Positions 10,075 to 19,854 of a DNA stretch of 32,000 nucleotides are shown here, piece by piece. Origin of the DNA: Pseudidiomarina andamanensis. GTDB taxonomy: Bacteria > Pseudomonadota > Gammaproteobacteria > Enterobacterales > Alteromonadaceae. The stretch's first letter is position 1. Every line of letters starts with the position of its first letter. The notes under the pieces are model-generated. The model was not told the DNA's origin. It saw only the letters and a program-made list of their open reading frames with translations, and made no database searches. The stretch is taken from positions 180,001-212,000 of the forward strand of contig NZ_CP032551.1 of assembly GCF_009734345.1 (NCBI RefSeq), written 5' to 3'. A program made the translations under genes and the position numbers.

Positions 10075-11358
10075 ATGACGACCCCAGTCAAACCTTCCTC
10101 TTCAGCCGGGCTTAATGCCTGGCTGAGTTATTTAGAGCAATTGCATCCAAGTGCCATTGATATGGGGCTTGAACGCGTCAAGGCGGTTGCAGAACGACTC
10201 GACCTCACCACAACCTCTGCGCAAGTATTTACTGTTGCGGGGACAAACGGCAAAGGCTCGACTGTGCGTTATCTTGAGACCATTCTGCGATGTGCCGGCT
10301 ACAGCACGGGCGTTTATATCTCGCCGCACTTGCATCACTACGCGGAACGCGTGCGTATTAATGCCGAGCAACTTGTCGAGCAAGAACATGTTGCAGCATT
10401 TGTAGCTATCGAAGAAGCGCGTGGAGATATTTCACTCACTTATTTTGAGTTCGGCACGTTAGCGGCATTATGGTTAATGAAGCAGCGTGAGTTGGATGCT
10501 TGGATTCTTGAGGTTGGTCTCGGTGGACGCTTAGACGCCGTGAATATTATCGATGCTGATGTCGCGCTGTTAACCAGTGTCGGTATTGATCACATTGGTT
10601 TCCTCGGTGATGACCGCACCGGTATAGCTCGCGAGAAAGCCGGTATTTTTCGACCGCAACGTCCGGCGATTGTGGGGGAGCCTGATTTCCCTGAAGCAGT
10701 AGCGACTGCGGCGCTCGAACAAAAAGTAGATTTAAGGCGCGTTGGTAAAGATTTTCACTATCGCACGACCGGTGCTGCCACCTGGCAATTCCGCGACGAC
10801 AATAATTTCCTACAAGAGTTACCGTTGCCACAATTACCGCTACCGAATGCAGCAACAACTATTGCCGCACTAGCGGCAAGCAAGTTGCCTGTGTCTGACA
10901 AAGCGATTCGTGAGGGCTTGAGCAAAGCCCGCGAACCGGGACGTCTCCAGTTTGTAGCCGGTGATGGTAAAAATGCGGTCGATACGTTGCTCGATGTTGC
11001 ACATAATCCACATGCAGCGAATTATTTGGTGCAAGCGTTACTTAATCGCTACCCACAACGTGAAGTTTATGCGGTGGTTGGCATGCTCCATGATAAAGAT
11101 ATTGCCGGAACACTCGCCGCTTTGCAGCCGGCCGTATCCCGTTGGTATTTTGCGAGTTTATCGGAACCTCGAGGCGCCACTGCAGCGCAGTTATTAGAGC
11201 ATGCGCCGAATGGCGCAACCAGCGCCACGTGTTTTGGTAGTGTTATGGCTGCTTATGAGGCAGCACAGCGCGATGCCTTAACCATGCAATCGTCACAACC
11301 GCTGGTATTGGTTTGCGGCTCGTTTTACACTGTAGGGAAAATTCCAACCACGGAGTAG
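10075..11358 (+). CDS. folC: Bifunctional folylpolyglutamate synthase / dihydrofolate synthase
   Basis: 427 aa with the P-loop VAGTNGKGST. It starts 2 nt after the accD stop. The accD-folC-dedD order is as in E. coli. Confidence 0.9.
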   Translation: MTTPVKPSSSAGLNAWLSYLEQLHPSAIDMGLERVKAVAERLDLTTTSAQVFTVAGTNGKGSTVRYLETILRCAGYSTGVYISPHLHHYAERVRINAEQLVEQEHVAAFVAIEEARGDISLTYFEFGTLAALWLMKQRELDAWILEVGLGGRLDAVNIIDADVALLTSVGIDHIGFLGDDRTGIAREKAGIFRPQRPAIVGEPDFPEAVATAALEQKVDLRRVGKDFHYRTTGAATWQFRDDNNFLQELPLPQLPLPNAATTIAALAASKLPVSDKAIREGLSKAREPGRLQFVAGDGKNAVDTLLDVAHNPHAANYLVQALLNRYPQREVYAVVGMLHDKDIAGTLAALQPAVSRWYFASLSEPRGATAAQLLEHAPNGATSATCFGSVMAAYEAAQRDALTMQSSQPLVLVCGSFYTVGKIPTTE

Positions 11359-11361
11359 TTC

Positions 11362-11901
11362 ATGGCCTCGCAGTTGCAAAATCGAATTGTCGGAAGCGTT
11401 ATTCTTATTGCCCTTGCGGTAATCATTTTACCAGAATTGTTCGACGGTAAACCGCAGCAAAAACAAGAATCATTTGAAGCAATTCCATTGCAGCCAGAGG
11501 TGGAAGTTGCTGAGGTACCAGCGAAATCGGTTCCGCAGCAAGAAAAACTACCTGACTCGCTTGATCAAGTTGAGACCCTCGAAATTGACGCCGATGATGC
11601 GCCCGCCATCAAAACTGCTCAGAAGAAAACGCCAGACGCACCGAGTAACGCTGAGTTACAGCAACCAGGCTGGATTATTCAATTGGGTGTATTTCGCAAC
11701 CAAGCGTCGGTTGATCGCTTAGTAAAAGAACTCCGCGCCGCCGGTTATCCAGCCTATCGAGAAGTTGTACAGACAGCCGATGGCCCGCGTAATAAACTCC
11801 TAGTTGGGCCCGGCTTGGTAAAAGAAGAGCTGGAAGCCGATCTACCCAAACTAAAAGAATTAACCGATCTCAATGGTCGGGTTTTTCGCTACGAGCCGTA
11901 A
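11362..11901 (+). CDS. dedD: SPOR-domain cell-division protein DedD
   Basis: An N-terminal TM segment (IVGSVILIALAVIILPELF) is followed by a low-complexity linker. The C-terminal SPOR-like block is GWIIQLGVFRNQASVDRLVKELRAAGYPAY. Synteny is folC-dedD-cvpA. Confidence 0.78.
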   Translation: MASQLQNRIVGSVILIALAVIILPELFDGKPQQKQESFEAIPLQPEVEVAEVPAKSVPQQEKLPDSLDQVETLEIDADDAPAIKTAQKKTPDAPSNAELQQPGWIIQLGVFRNQASVDRLVKELRAAGYPAYREVVQTADGPRNKLLVGPGLVKEELEADLPKLKELTDLNGRVFRYEP

Positions 11902-11928
11902 TAATTTTGCGCAAAATGTCAGCCTTTC

Positions 11929-11937
11929 TGATACAAT
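11929..11937 (+). promoter_or_regulatory. Candidate extended -10 promoter (TGaTACAAT) for cvpA-purF
   Basis: tgatacaat lies 37 nt upstream of the cvpA ATG. It is flanked by two related GC-core palindromes (see findings). The -35 is weak (TTGCGC at a 19-nt spacing). Confidence 0.3.
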
Positions 11938-11973
11938 TTGCGCGAAATTTGAATCCGCTAGGGAATGCTAACA

Positions 11974-12465
11974 ATGGTCTGGATTGATATCGCGATTTTG
12001 GTGGTAATAGGTCTTTCGACGTTAATCAGCTTAACCCGAGGCTTCGTAAAAGAAGCTCTGTCATTAGCCATTTGGGTGGCTGCCTTTTTTATCGCAAAAT
12101 TTTTCTATTTAGACCTCGCGACACTGTTTACCGGCATTGAAGATAGCATGCTTCGTAATGCAGCGGCTGTGGCGGCATTATTTGTCGCCACATTGATTGT
12201 TGGCTCCGTAGTGAATTATTTAATTGGTCGTCTTGTTGAAAGCACTGGTTTAACTGGTACCGATCGGCTATTGGGCGGCCTGTTTGGAGCGTTACGTGGC
12301 GTACTTATTGTCGCCGCTTTGCTATTTTTCATGGACTCGTTCACCGGGTTATCCGATGAACCATGGTGGCAAGCTTCAGAGTTAATTCCGCATTTCGGTG
12401 TGGTCATTCAGTGGTTTTTTGAATACTTGGAAAATACATCAAGTTTCTTACCCCAAAATGTTTAA
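11974..12465 (+). CDS. cvpA: Colicin V production membrane protein CvpA
   Basis: [31 protein letters not shown] aligns from residue 1 with E. coli CvpA (MVWIDYAIIAV...LIRGFVREALSL). I therefore prefer ATG 11974 over 11965. AGGGA lies 9 nt upstream. Confidence 0.9.
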   Translation: MVWIDIAILVVIGLSTLISLTRGFVKEALSLAIWVAAFFIAKFFYLDLATLFTGIEDSMLRNAAAVAALFVATLIVGSVVNYLIGRLVESTGLTGTDRLLGGLFGALRGVLIVAALLFFMDSFTGLSDEPWWQASELIPHFGVVIQWFFEYLENTSSFLPQNV

Positions 12466-12480
12466 TGAGGTTGTTGTTGC

Positions 12481-13995
12481 ATGTGTGGCATTGTTGGAAT
12501 TGTAGGTAAAGACCCAGTCAATCAAGCGTTGTATGACGGTTTAACGATGCTCCAGCATCGTGGCCAAGATGCCGCCGGTATCATGACCGTAGATAACGGC
12601 ACACTGCGTTTACGTAAAGCCAATGGTTTGGTACGCGATGTCTTTCACACGCGGCACATGCATCGTCTGCAAGGGCGAATTGGTATTGGCCACGTTCGTT
12701 ATCCCACTGCTGGCAGTTCGAGTTCTGCTGAAGCCCAACCATTTTACGTGAACTCGCCATTCGGTATCGCGATGGCTCATAACGGCAATCTAACCAACGC
12801 TCATGAACTGCAAGAACAATTGTTCGCGAAAGCTCGCCGTCATATCAATACCACTTCCGACTCTGAAATTCTGCTCAACGTATTCGCACACGAACTCTAT
12901 CAACAAGATAACTTGCGCTTAACCCCAGAAGATGTGTTCGCAACCGTTGCGCGAGTGCATCGCCAAATTCGTGGTGCTTATGCTGTGGTTGCCATGATTA
13001 TCGGGCACGGTATTGTCGCGTTTCGTGACCCGTGGGGTATTCGTCCATTGGTATTGGGTATGCGCGAAACTGCAAATGGTAACGAATATATTGTTGCCTC
13101 TGAGAGCGTTGCTGTTGATGGTACGGGTTTCAAATATGTGCGAGATGTTGAGCCGGGCGAAGCCATTTATATTACCGAAGACGGCGAATTGTTCTCGCGT
13201 CAGTGCGCAGACAACCCGCAGCATTGCCCATGTATTTTTGAGTATGTTTACTTTGCTCGTCCTGATTCATTTATCGACAAAGTGTCGGTGTATGCTTCGC
13301 GAGTCAATATGGGTCGCAAGCTAGGTGAGAAAATTAAACGCGACTATGCCGATTTAGATATCGATGTGGTGATTCCAATTCCAGAAACGAGCTGTGATAT
13401 CGCATTGGAAATGGCGAACATTTTAGATTTGCCGTATCGCCAAGGTTTTGTGAAAAACCGGTATATTGGGCGTACGTTTATCATGCCAGGGCAAACTCAG
13501 CGCCGTAAGTCGGTACGCCGTAAACTCAATGCGATCAGCGCCGAATTCCGCGGTAAAAATGTGTTGTTGGTGGATGACTCCATTGTGCGTGGCACAACTT
13601 CAGAGCAGATTATTGAGATGGCACGTGAAGCGGGCGCGAAGAAAGTATATTTCGCGTCAGCAGCACCAGAAATTCGTTTCCCGAACGTGTACGGTATCGA
13701 TATGCCAAGTGCCAACGAATTGATTGGACATGGTCGCGAGGCGTCAGAAATTAATGATTTAATTAAAGCTGATGGCCTGATTTATCAAGAGCTCGATGAT
13801 TTAATTGCTGCCGTGCAGCAAGAGAATAAAGATATCACCCGTTTTGAAACATCCGTGTTCAACGGTGAATACATCACTGGCGATATTAATCAAAGCTACC
13901 TCGACCGTCTCGATGCCGCTCGTAACGACGTTGCCCGCCATGGCAGTGATCAAAGCGAAGATGCAAATTTAGAGCTTCATAACGAAGACGAGTAA
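12481..13995 (+). CDS. purF: Amidophosphoribosyltransferase
   Basis: The N-terminal MCGIVGIVG carries the catalytic Cys after Met removal. 504 aa. The PRPP motif [13 protein letters not shown] is present. The cvpA-purF operon order is as in E. coli. Confidence 0.96.
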   Translation: MCGIVGIVGKDPVNQALYDGLTMLQHRGQDAAGIMTVDNGTLRLRKANGLVRDVFHTRHMHRLQGRIGIGHVRYPTAGSSSSAEAQPFYVNSPFGIAMAHNGNLTNAHELQEQLFAKARRHINTTSDSEILLNVFAHELYQQDNLRLTPEDVFATVARVHRQIRGAYAVVAMIIGHGIVAFRDPWGIRPLVLGMRETANGNEYIVASESVAVDGTGFKYVRDVEPGEAIYITEDGELFSRQCADNPQHCPCIFEYVYFARPDSFIDKVSVYASRVNMGRKLGEKIKRDYADLDIDVVIPIPETSCDIALEMANILDLPYRQGFVKNRYIGRTFIMPGQTQRRKSVRRKLNAISAEFRGKNVLLVDDSIVRGTTSEQIIEMAREAGAKKVYFASAAPEIRFPNVYGIDMPSANELIGHGREASEINDLIKADGLIYQELDDLIAAVQQENKDITRFETSVFNGEYITGDINQSYLDRLDAARNDVARHGSDQSEDANLELHNEDE

Positions 13996-14010
13996 ACTGA
14001 AACAGTAATA

Positions 14011-14040
14011 AAAAAACGGACGCCTTAGCGTCCGTTTTTT
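14011..14040. terminator. Bidirectional rho-independent terminator shared by purF (+) and astB (-)
   Basis: The sequence is aaaaaacggacgc-ctta-gcgtccgtttttt, a perfect 13-bp stem with the A-run and T-run inside the arms. It sits between two convergent stop codons. Confidence 0.85.
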
Positions 14041-14053
14041 ATTTGCATCGAAA

Positions 14054-15391
14054 TTAAAGTTGGAACGGGTACACCGAACCGAGTTTCAGAATTTGCGTTA
14101 ACTCATCAAGTGCCGTACGCGATTCCATTAATAGTTGTGGGTCACGTAAATCGGCCACACTTAACTCGTCGCGATAGTGTTTATCAACCCATTGATTCAA
14201 TCGTGCGAACAACTCGTCGTTCATGATTACCGCAGGGTTTACTGCTGCTAACTCAGTGTCATTCAGTGCAACACGTAAGCGCAAACACGCAGGACCACCA
14301 CCGTTGCGCATACTTTGTTTCACATCAAAGTAGTGAACTTGGCGAATTGGCGTATTACGGGTCACCAAGTCAGCTAAGTACGCTGCAACACGAGGATTTT
14401 CCTGACACTCAGTTGGCGCAATGATAGCCATCGTGCCGTCTTGTATGGTCAGCAGTTGGGTGTTGAATAAGTACGTTTGTACTGCATCTTCAACCGACAC
14501 TTCTGAGGTTTTAACTTCAACGAAGTGAACCGGTTCGTCGCCAAATTTGCGCTGAATTTCGGCGAACTTTGCTTCGGTGTCTAAAAACGCTTGCTCGTGG
14601 TAGAACATCACATTTTGGTTGCCCACGGCAATCACGTCGTTGTGAAAAACACCTTGATCAATCACAGCTGGGTTCTGCTGAATGTACACGGTGTTTTCGT
14701 CGCTCAGCCCGTGTAACCGCGCAATAGCTTGTGACGCTTCATAAGTTTGACGCGCAGGAAATTTGCTTGGTGCCGGTTTGCTGCTATCAAAGGCGTAGCG
14801 ACCAAAGGTGAAAATCTCAACACCCGCATGACCATAGTCGCTGCACAAACGGGTATGGTTTGCTGCACCTTCATCACCAAAGTGCTCGTTATCCGGCAAG
14901 TGAGTATGGTGTGCAAAGTAACGGTTGTTATTAAACATCGCCTGTAAAATACGACCACTGGTGGTCGGTTCCAGCGAGCGATGAAACTTATTGGTTAAGT
15001 TAGCTGGTGTAAAATGCACTTTGCCATCAGCGGTATCCGCACCAGGCGATACCGTCGCGGCATTGGCTGTCCACATACTTGACGCTGAACAGACAGCTTG
15101 GAAAATCTCTGGCGCTTGTTGCGCGGCTTTGCTTAATACTTCGGCATCTGATCCGCTAAAGCCTAAGCGGCGTAAGGTTGCAATGTCAGGGCGTTCTTGT
15201 GGTGCTAAAACACCTTGAACCATGCCCATATCGTGCAGCGCCTTCATTTTCGCAAGACCTTGCTTAGCCGCAGATTTTGGGCTAGAGGTAGATTTAGCAT
15301 TGCTTAATGAAGCAACGTTTCCGAACGACAGCCCGGCATAATTGTGGGTTGGGCCAACAAGGCCATCGAAATTAACTTCATAGTGGTGCAT
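14054..15391 (-). CDS. astB: N-succinylarginine dihydrolase
   Basis: [25 protein letters not shown] aligns with the E. coli AstB N-terminus ([25 protein letters not shown]). I therefore take the start at the complement of 15389-15391, with GGAGG (complement of 15404-15408) upstream. The 10-aa extension in the track ORF is rejected. The C-terminal [11 protein letters not shown] is present. Confidence 0.93.
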   Translation of the reverse strand: MHHYEVNFDGLVGPTHNYAGLSFGNVASLSNAKSTSSPKSAAKQGLAKMKALHDMGMVQGVLAPQERPDIATLRRLGFSGSDAEVLSKAAQQAPEIFQAVCSASSMWTANAATVSPGADTADGKVHFTPANLTNKFHRSLEPTTSGRILQAMFNNNRYFAHHTHLPDNEHFGDEGAANHTRLCSDYGHAGVEIFTFGRYAFDSSKPAPSKFPARQTYEASQAIARLHGLSDENTVYIQQNPAVIDQGVFHNDVIAVGNQNVMFYHEQAFLDTEAKFAEIQRKFGDEPVHFVEVKTSEVSVEDAVQTYLFNTQLLTIQDGTMAIIAPTECQENPRVAAYLADLVTRNTPIRQVHYFDVKQSMRNGGGPACLRLRVALNDTELAAVNPAVIMNDELFARLNQWVDKHYRDELSVADLRDPQLLMESRTALDELTQILKLGSVYPFQL

Positions 15392-15638
15392 GCTCAAACA
15401 AAACCTCCATTGCAGTTGCAAGCGTTGAATTGTTGGCTATTATACCCGCAAGTTGGTCTTGGCGTAAGGGCTGAACACCTTGATTTTATTGGTCTGATGC
15501 GCGTGTAAGTCAATTGGTGCATAGATATAAAGCAAAAACGTATTTTTATGATTTTTGTTCAGGGTGGTTGTGCATCAGCCGCAGAACAGATATATCTAAA
15601 AAAAGAATCCCACAAGCTTACGGATAAAAGAGAGTCGC

Positions 15639-18275
15639 ATGGCAAAAGCGTTAGTTATTGTCGAGTCGCCAGCAAAAGCGAAGACAATTAATAAATATTT
15701 AGGGAATGATTTTGTGGTGAAGTCGAGCGTGGGTCACGTTCGCGACTTACCGACAAAATCAACCGCGACCGTCAAAACCAAGCCGCCGGCCGAAGTTCGA
15801 AAAATGACGCCGGAGCAAAAAGAAGCTTATCGGCAAGAGCGTGAGTTCCGAAAATTAGTGGCCCGAATGGGCATTGATCCGCAGCACGGCTGGGAAGCTC
15901 ACTACGAAGTGTTGCCCGGCAAAGAAAAGGTTGTGGCAGAACTGAAAAAGCTGGCAGCGAAAGCTGATGCTATTTACCTCGCAACGGATTTGGACCGCGA
16001 AGGGGAAGCCATTGCTTGGCACTTACGCGAACTGATTGGCGGCGATGACAGCCGGTTCCAGCGCGTGGTGTTTAACGAAATCACCAAAAAAGCCATTCAA
16101 GAAGCTTTCTCTCATCCGGCTGCTTTGAATATTGACCGTGTGAATGCACAGCAAACGCGTCGATTCCTCGATCGTGTTGTTGGCTTCATGGTGTCACCGT
16201 TATTGTGGAAGAAAATTGCGCGTGGGTTGTCAGCTGGGCGCGTACAATCCGTCGCGGTGCGCTTAGTAGTTGAGCGCGAACGCGAAATCAAAGCCTTTGT
16301 ACCAGAAGAATATTGGGATATTTACGCCGATTTATCGACGCAAAATAGTGATGCATTGCGTATGCAGGTGCAAAAGCACCTCGGCAAGACCTTTAAAGCG
16401 AACGATAAGGCCGCTGCCGACGCCGCTGTGGCTGCATTGAAGGGTGCCCAATACAAAGTCATAGACCGCGAAGATAAACCGACTAGCAGCCGTCCCTCGG
16501 CGCCGTTCATTACATCAACCCTGCAACAGGCCGCTAGTACGCGGTTAGGTTTCGGGGTGAAAAAGACCATGATGTTAGCGCAGCGTTTGTACGAAGCGGG
16601 TCATATTACCTACATGCGTACCGACTCAACCAACTTGAGCCAAGAGGCTGTGGCTACTTGTCGAGACTACATTGGCAAGAACTTCGGCAGCGATTATTTG
16701 CCAGCGAAACCGAACGTTTATGGCTCTAAGCAAAATGCACAAGAAGCGCACGAGGCCATTCGTCCTTCAAGCGTCGGCGTGAAGTCAGAAAGTTTGCGTG
16801 ATATGGAACGCGATGCACAGCGTTTGTATGAACTCATTTGGCGCCAATTTGTGGCGTGTCAAATGACGCCAGCTCAATACGATGCAACCACCATTTCCGT
16901 GCAAGCCGGTGATTATGAGCTGCGTGCCCGTGGGCGAGTGTTGCGCTTCCCTGGCTGGACCAAAGTGCAGCCGCCAGCGGGCTCGAAGAATAATGAAGAT
17001 GCAACCTTACCTGATGTGAAAAAAGGTGAAGAATTGGCTCTGCAACAGCTTGACCCGCAGCAACACTTTACCAAGCCGCCGGCGCGCTTTAGCGAAGCTT
17101 CGTTAGTCAAAGAGCTTGAAAAGCGCGGTATCGGCCGCCCATCAACCTATGCGTCAATTATTTCAACCATTCAAGATCGTGGCTATGTGCGGGTAGAAAA
17201 CCGCCGGTTCTACGCGGAGAAAATGGGTGAGATAGTCAATGACCGTTTGGTTGACAACTTCCCGCGTTTATTGAACTACAGTTTCACCGCTGAAATGGAA
17301 CAAGCGCTAGATGAGATTGCCGAAGGGAACCGCAATTGGAAATCGACATTAGATCAGTTCTACGACGATTTCAGTGCGAAATTACAGCAAGCCGAAATGA
17401 CCCCAGAAGAGGGCGGTATGCGCCCGAATCAAATGGTGCTGACCGACATTAAATGTCCGAAGTGCGGTCGTCCGATGGGTATTCGTACCGCATCAACCGG
17501 CGTGTTCTTGGGTTGTTCTGGCTACGAACTACCGCCAAAAGAGCGTTGCACGCAAACCATGAACCTGTTGCCAGGTGAAGAAGCCGTAAGCGTCAAAGAC
17601 GATGACGACGAAGCGGAAACCATGGCGCTGCGCGCGAAAAAACGTTGCCCGAAATGTGGTACGGCAATGGACAGTTATTTAATTGACCAAGAACGCAAAC
17701 TGCACGTGTGTGGTAATAACCCAGCGTGTGATGGCTATGTGGTTGAGCAGGGCGAATTCCGCATTAAAGGTTACGATGGGCCAGTGCTTGAATGTGACCG
17801 TTGTGGCAGTGATATGCAGTTGAAAACCGGCCGTTTTGGTAAGTATTTTGATTGTACCAACAGCGAGTGTAAGAACACCCGTAAGTTACTGAAAAACGGC
17901 CAACCAGCGCCACCAAAAGAAGATCCCGTGCCGTTCCCTGAACTGCCGTGTGAAGACTCGAACGCGTACTTCGTATTGCGTGACGGTGCGTCGGGTGTGT
18001 TTTTGTCAGCGAATACCTTCCCGCGTTCACGTGAAACCCGTGCGGTGAAAGTGAGTGAGCTGAAGCGCTTTAAAGATCGCATTCCAAGTAAGTTCCATTA
18101 CTTAGCGGAAGCGCCTGAAAAAGACGACGATGGCAACGAAGCCATTGTACGTTACAGCCGCAAGAACAAAGAACAGTACGTGATTACCGAAGTGAATGGT
18201 AAAGCGACAGGTTGGCAAGCGTTTTACTCTGGTGGTGTTTGGCGCGTCGAAGCAAAGAAGAATAAACGCAAGTAA
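15639..18275 (+). CDS. topA: DNA topoisomerase I
   Basis: 878 aa. It has the Toprim N-terminus [22 protein letters not shown], the active-site region ITYMRTDS, and C-terminal Cys4 zinc ribbons (CPKCGRPM..., CPKCGTAM..., CDRCGSDM...). Confidence 0.97.
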   Translation: MAKALVIVESPAKAKTINKYLGNDFVVKSSVGHVRDLPTKSTATVKTKPPAEVRKMTPEQKEAYRQEREFRKLVARMGIDPQHGWEAHYEVLPGKEKVVAELKKLAAKADAIYLATDLDREGEAIAWHLRELIGGDDSRFQRVVFNEITKKAIQEAFSHPAALNIDRVNAQQTRRFLDRVVGFMVSPLLWKKIARGLSAGRVQSVAVRLVVEREREIKAFVPEEYWDIYADLSTQNSDALRMQVQKHLGKTFKANDKAAADAAVAALKGAQYKVIDREDKPTSSRPSAPFITSTLQQAASTRLGFGVKKTMMLAQRLYEAGHITYMRTDSTNLSQEAVATCRDYIGKNFGSDYLPAKPNVYGSKQNAQEAHEAIRPSSVGVKSESLRDMERDAQRLYELIWRQFVACQMTPAQYDATTISVQAGDYELRARGRVLRFPGWTKVQPPAGSKNNEDATLPDVKKGEELALQQLDPQQHFTKPPARFSEASLVKELEKRGIGRPSTYASIISTIQDRGYVRVENRRFYAEKMGEIVNDRLVDNFPRLLNYSFTAEMEQALDEIAEGNRNWKSTLDQFYDDFSAKLQQAEMTPEEGGMRPNQMVLTDIKCPKCGRPMGIRTASTGVFLGCSGYELPPKERCTQTMNLLPGEEAVSVKDDDDEAETMALRAKKRCPKCGTAMDSYLIDQERKLHVCGNNPACDGYVVEQGEFRIKGYDGPVLECDRCGSDMQLKTGRFGKYFDCTNSECKNTRKLLKNGQPAPPKEDPVPFPELPCEDSNAYFVLRDGASGVFLSANTFPRSRETRAVKVSELKRFKDRIPSKFHYLAEAPEKDDDGNEAIVRYSRKNKEQYVITEVNGKATGWQAFYSGGVWRVEAKKNKRK

Positions 18276-18295
18276 ACAAAGAAGCGAGAACCAAA

Positions 18296-19849
18296 GTGTT
18301 TGACTATCTTAGAGTGACTAATTTACGTGCTTTTAAAGACTCCGGAAAAATAAAACTTAATCCATTGACTATATTGGTGGGGAAGAATAGTTCCGGGAAA
18401 AGTACGTTAGCCCGTGTGTTGCCTTTGTTAAGACAATCTGTAGAGGTAAGTACTCGAGGACCAATTCTATGGTTTGGAAATAAATATGTTGATTTTGGTA
18501 GCTTCGCAACAGCAATAAACTCGAATGCAGATACTAAAGAGATAACTTTTGAAATAGGCTTGAAAACACTCCTAGGGCAATTCGTGTATTTATCTAACTC
18601 GAAAAAAAATAAAGATGATTTTAATCGAGAAATAAAGATTGCGCTCACTCTTTGTGATGATAATAAATCTACTAAATTGAAATCTTTTAGTGTAGTTAGT
18701 GACGATTTATCAATAGATGTAAGAAACACCTCTGGCTCCAAAGCGGTTATTGAATTGAACGGTGTTCAGGTAACTTCCTTATCTGCAACAATTGAAAATG
18801 CAATTGATTTTGGTTTACTTCCAGATTTAGCAATAGTTCTGGAGGGTGAAAGTAAATCTAAGAATTATTATTTTGATGATAATTCAAAATATAAATTAGA
18901 CCTTCTAAAAAAATACTCTGATAGTTATAAATTGAAATTCGAAAGTGAAGAATCTTCAAATAAATTCTATTCGGAGCTATTAGATATTACCGATTTATCA
19001 TTTTTTGGGTATAAATCTAATATAAATTATCTCGCTGAGCGGCATGGCATATTTGAAAGTGCTCTAAAACTAAATGATGAGCAGCTCAGGCAGATATGGA
19101 ATGATTCGGTAATATTAAATATTCCACACCTCATAATGATGGTTAATCATCTAATTCACGAGCAAATGAAGAATATTTCTTATGTTGCTCCAGTCCGAGC
19201 TTTTGCAGAAAGGTACTATAGATTTCAGGACCTGCAAGTAAAAGAACTAGATCATACAGGCTCGAATTTAGCAATGCTGCTTTTGTCGCTAAAAAATAAA
19301 CATTTATCTGATTTCAAAGGCTGGATTAAAAAACATTTAAGGTTTGAAATAAGTGTTGACCCAGTTGGTAATCATTATGCAATAAGCGTAAAACCAGAAG
19401 GCTATAAAAAGTTTCATAATTTAAGCGATATGGGATTTGGATTTTCGCAAATACTTCCAGTTGTTGTATCGATGTGGATGAGTACTAACACGAAGGCATC
19501 TCCGAGATTTAGATATTTTGGTGATGAAACTAATGTCGATAAAATAATAGTAATAGAGCAACCTGAATTGCATTTACATCCAGAGATGCAAGATATTTTA
19601 GCGTCCACAATAGTTAATGTTGCTAGCAATTATAAGAATTTAAGGATTAAGTTCTTAATTGAGACGCATAGTAAAACATTTATCGATGCAATAGGTCGCT
19701 GCATTCGAGCAAAGGAAATAGATTCAGATTCTGTATCCATTAATATCGTTGAGCATGAGGCAATTTCGGATACGTCGGTAGTAAAACAGTCAAGCTTTAA
19801 TGAACAGGGGCAACTGCTGAATTGGCCGCTTGGCTTTTTCTCGTCGTGA
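18296..19849 (+). CDS. ABC/AAA_21-type ATPase (DUF3696-like C-terminus); AriA-like or OLD-family ATPase component of a candidate defence pair
   Basis: GTG start 20 nt after the topA stop. The N-terminus MFDYLRVTNLRAFKDSGKIKLNPLTILVGKNSSGKST carries Walker A (18380-18406). A YVAPVR block follows, then the signature-like LSDMGFGFSQ (19421-19450). Walker B is KIIVIEQPELHLHP (19541-19582) and the H-loop is ETHS (19661-19672). The C-terminal NWPLGFF tail is typical, as I recall, of DUF3696-containing ATPases. About 230 aa of K/N/S-rich insert separates Walker A from the rest. Confidence 0.8.
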   Translation: MFDYLRVTNLRAFKDSGKIKLNPLTILVGKNSSGKSTLARVLPLLRQSVEVSTRGPILWFGNKYVDFGSFATAINSNADTKEITFEIGLKTLLGQFVYLSNSKKNKDDFNREIKIALTLCDDNKSTKLKSFSVVSDDLSIDVRNTSGSKAVIELNGVQVTSLSATIENAIDFGLLPDLAIVLEGESKSKNYYFDDNSKYKLDLLKKYSDSYKLKFESEESSNKFYSELLDITDLSFFGYKSNINYLAERHGIFESALKLNDEQLRQIWNDSVILNIPHLIMMVNHLIHEQMKNISYVAPVRAFAERYYRFQDLQVKELDHTGSNLAMLLLSLKNKHLSDFKGWIKKHLRFEISVDPVGNHYAISVKPEGYKKFHNLSDMGFGFSQILPVVVSMWMSTNTKASPRFRYFGDETNVDKIIVIEQPELHLHPEMQDILASTIVNVASNYKNLRIKFLIETHSKTFIDAIGRCIRAKEIDSDSVSINIVEHEAISDTSVVKQSSFNEQGQLLNWPLGFFSS

Positions 19850-19854
19850 TACTA

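Noticed and set aside
18304-18741. 145-aa ORF antisense to the 5' part of the island ATPase gene
   Set aside because: The + strand frame carries a complete ATPase motif set starting at codon 1. In AT-rich DNA long antisense ORFs are less expected, which made me look. However, the peptide has no motifs and no plausible start context.
19822-19854. Hydrophobic N-terminal extension (MAAWLFLVVIL) of the Toprim-like ORF, read as a possible signal peptide or TM anchor
   Set aside because: It depends on a TTG start that overlaps the ATPase 3' end by 28 nt. The hydrophobic run is most simply a by-product of the overlapping frame. ATG 19855 is right after the upstream stop. This is not fully excluded and needs N-terminal mapping.
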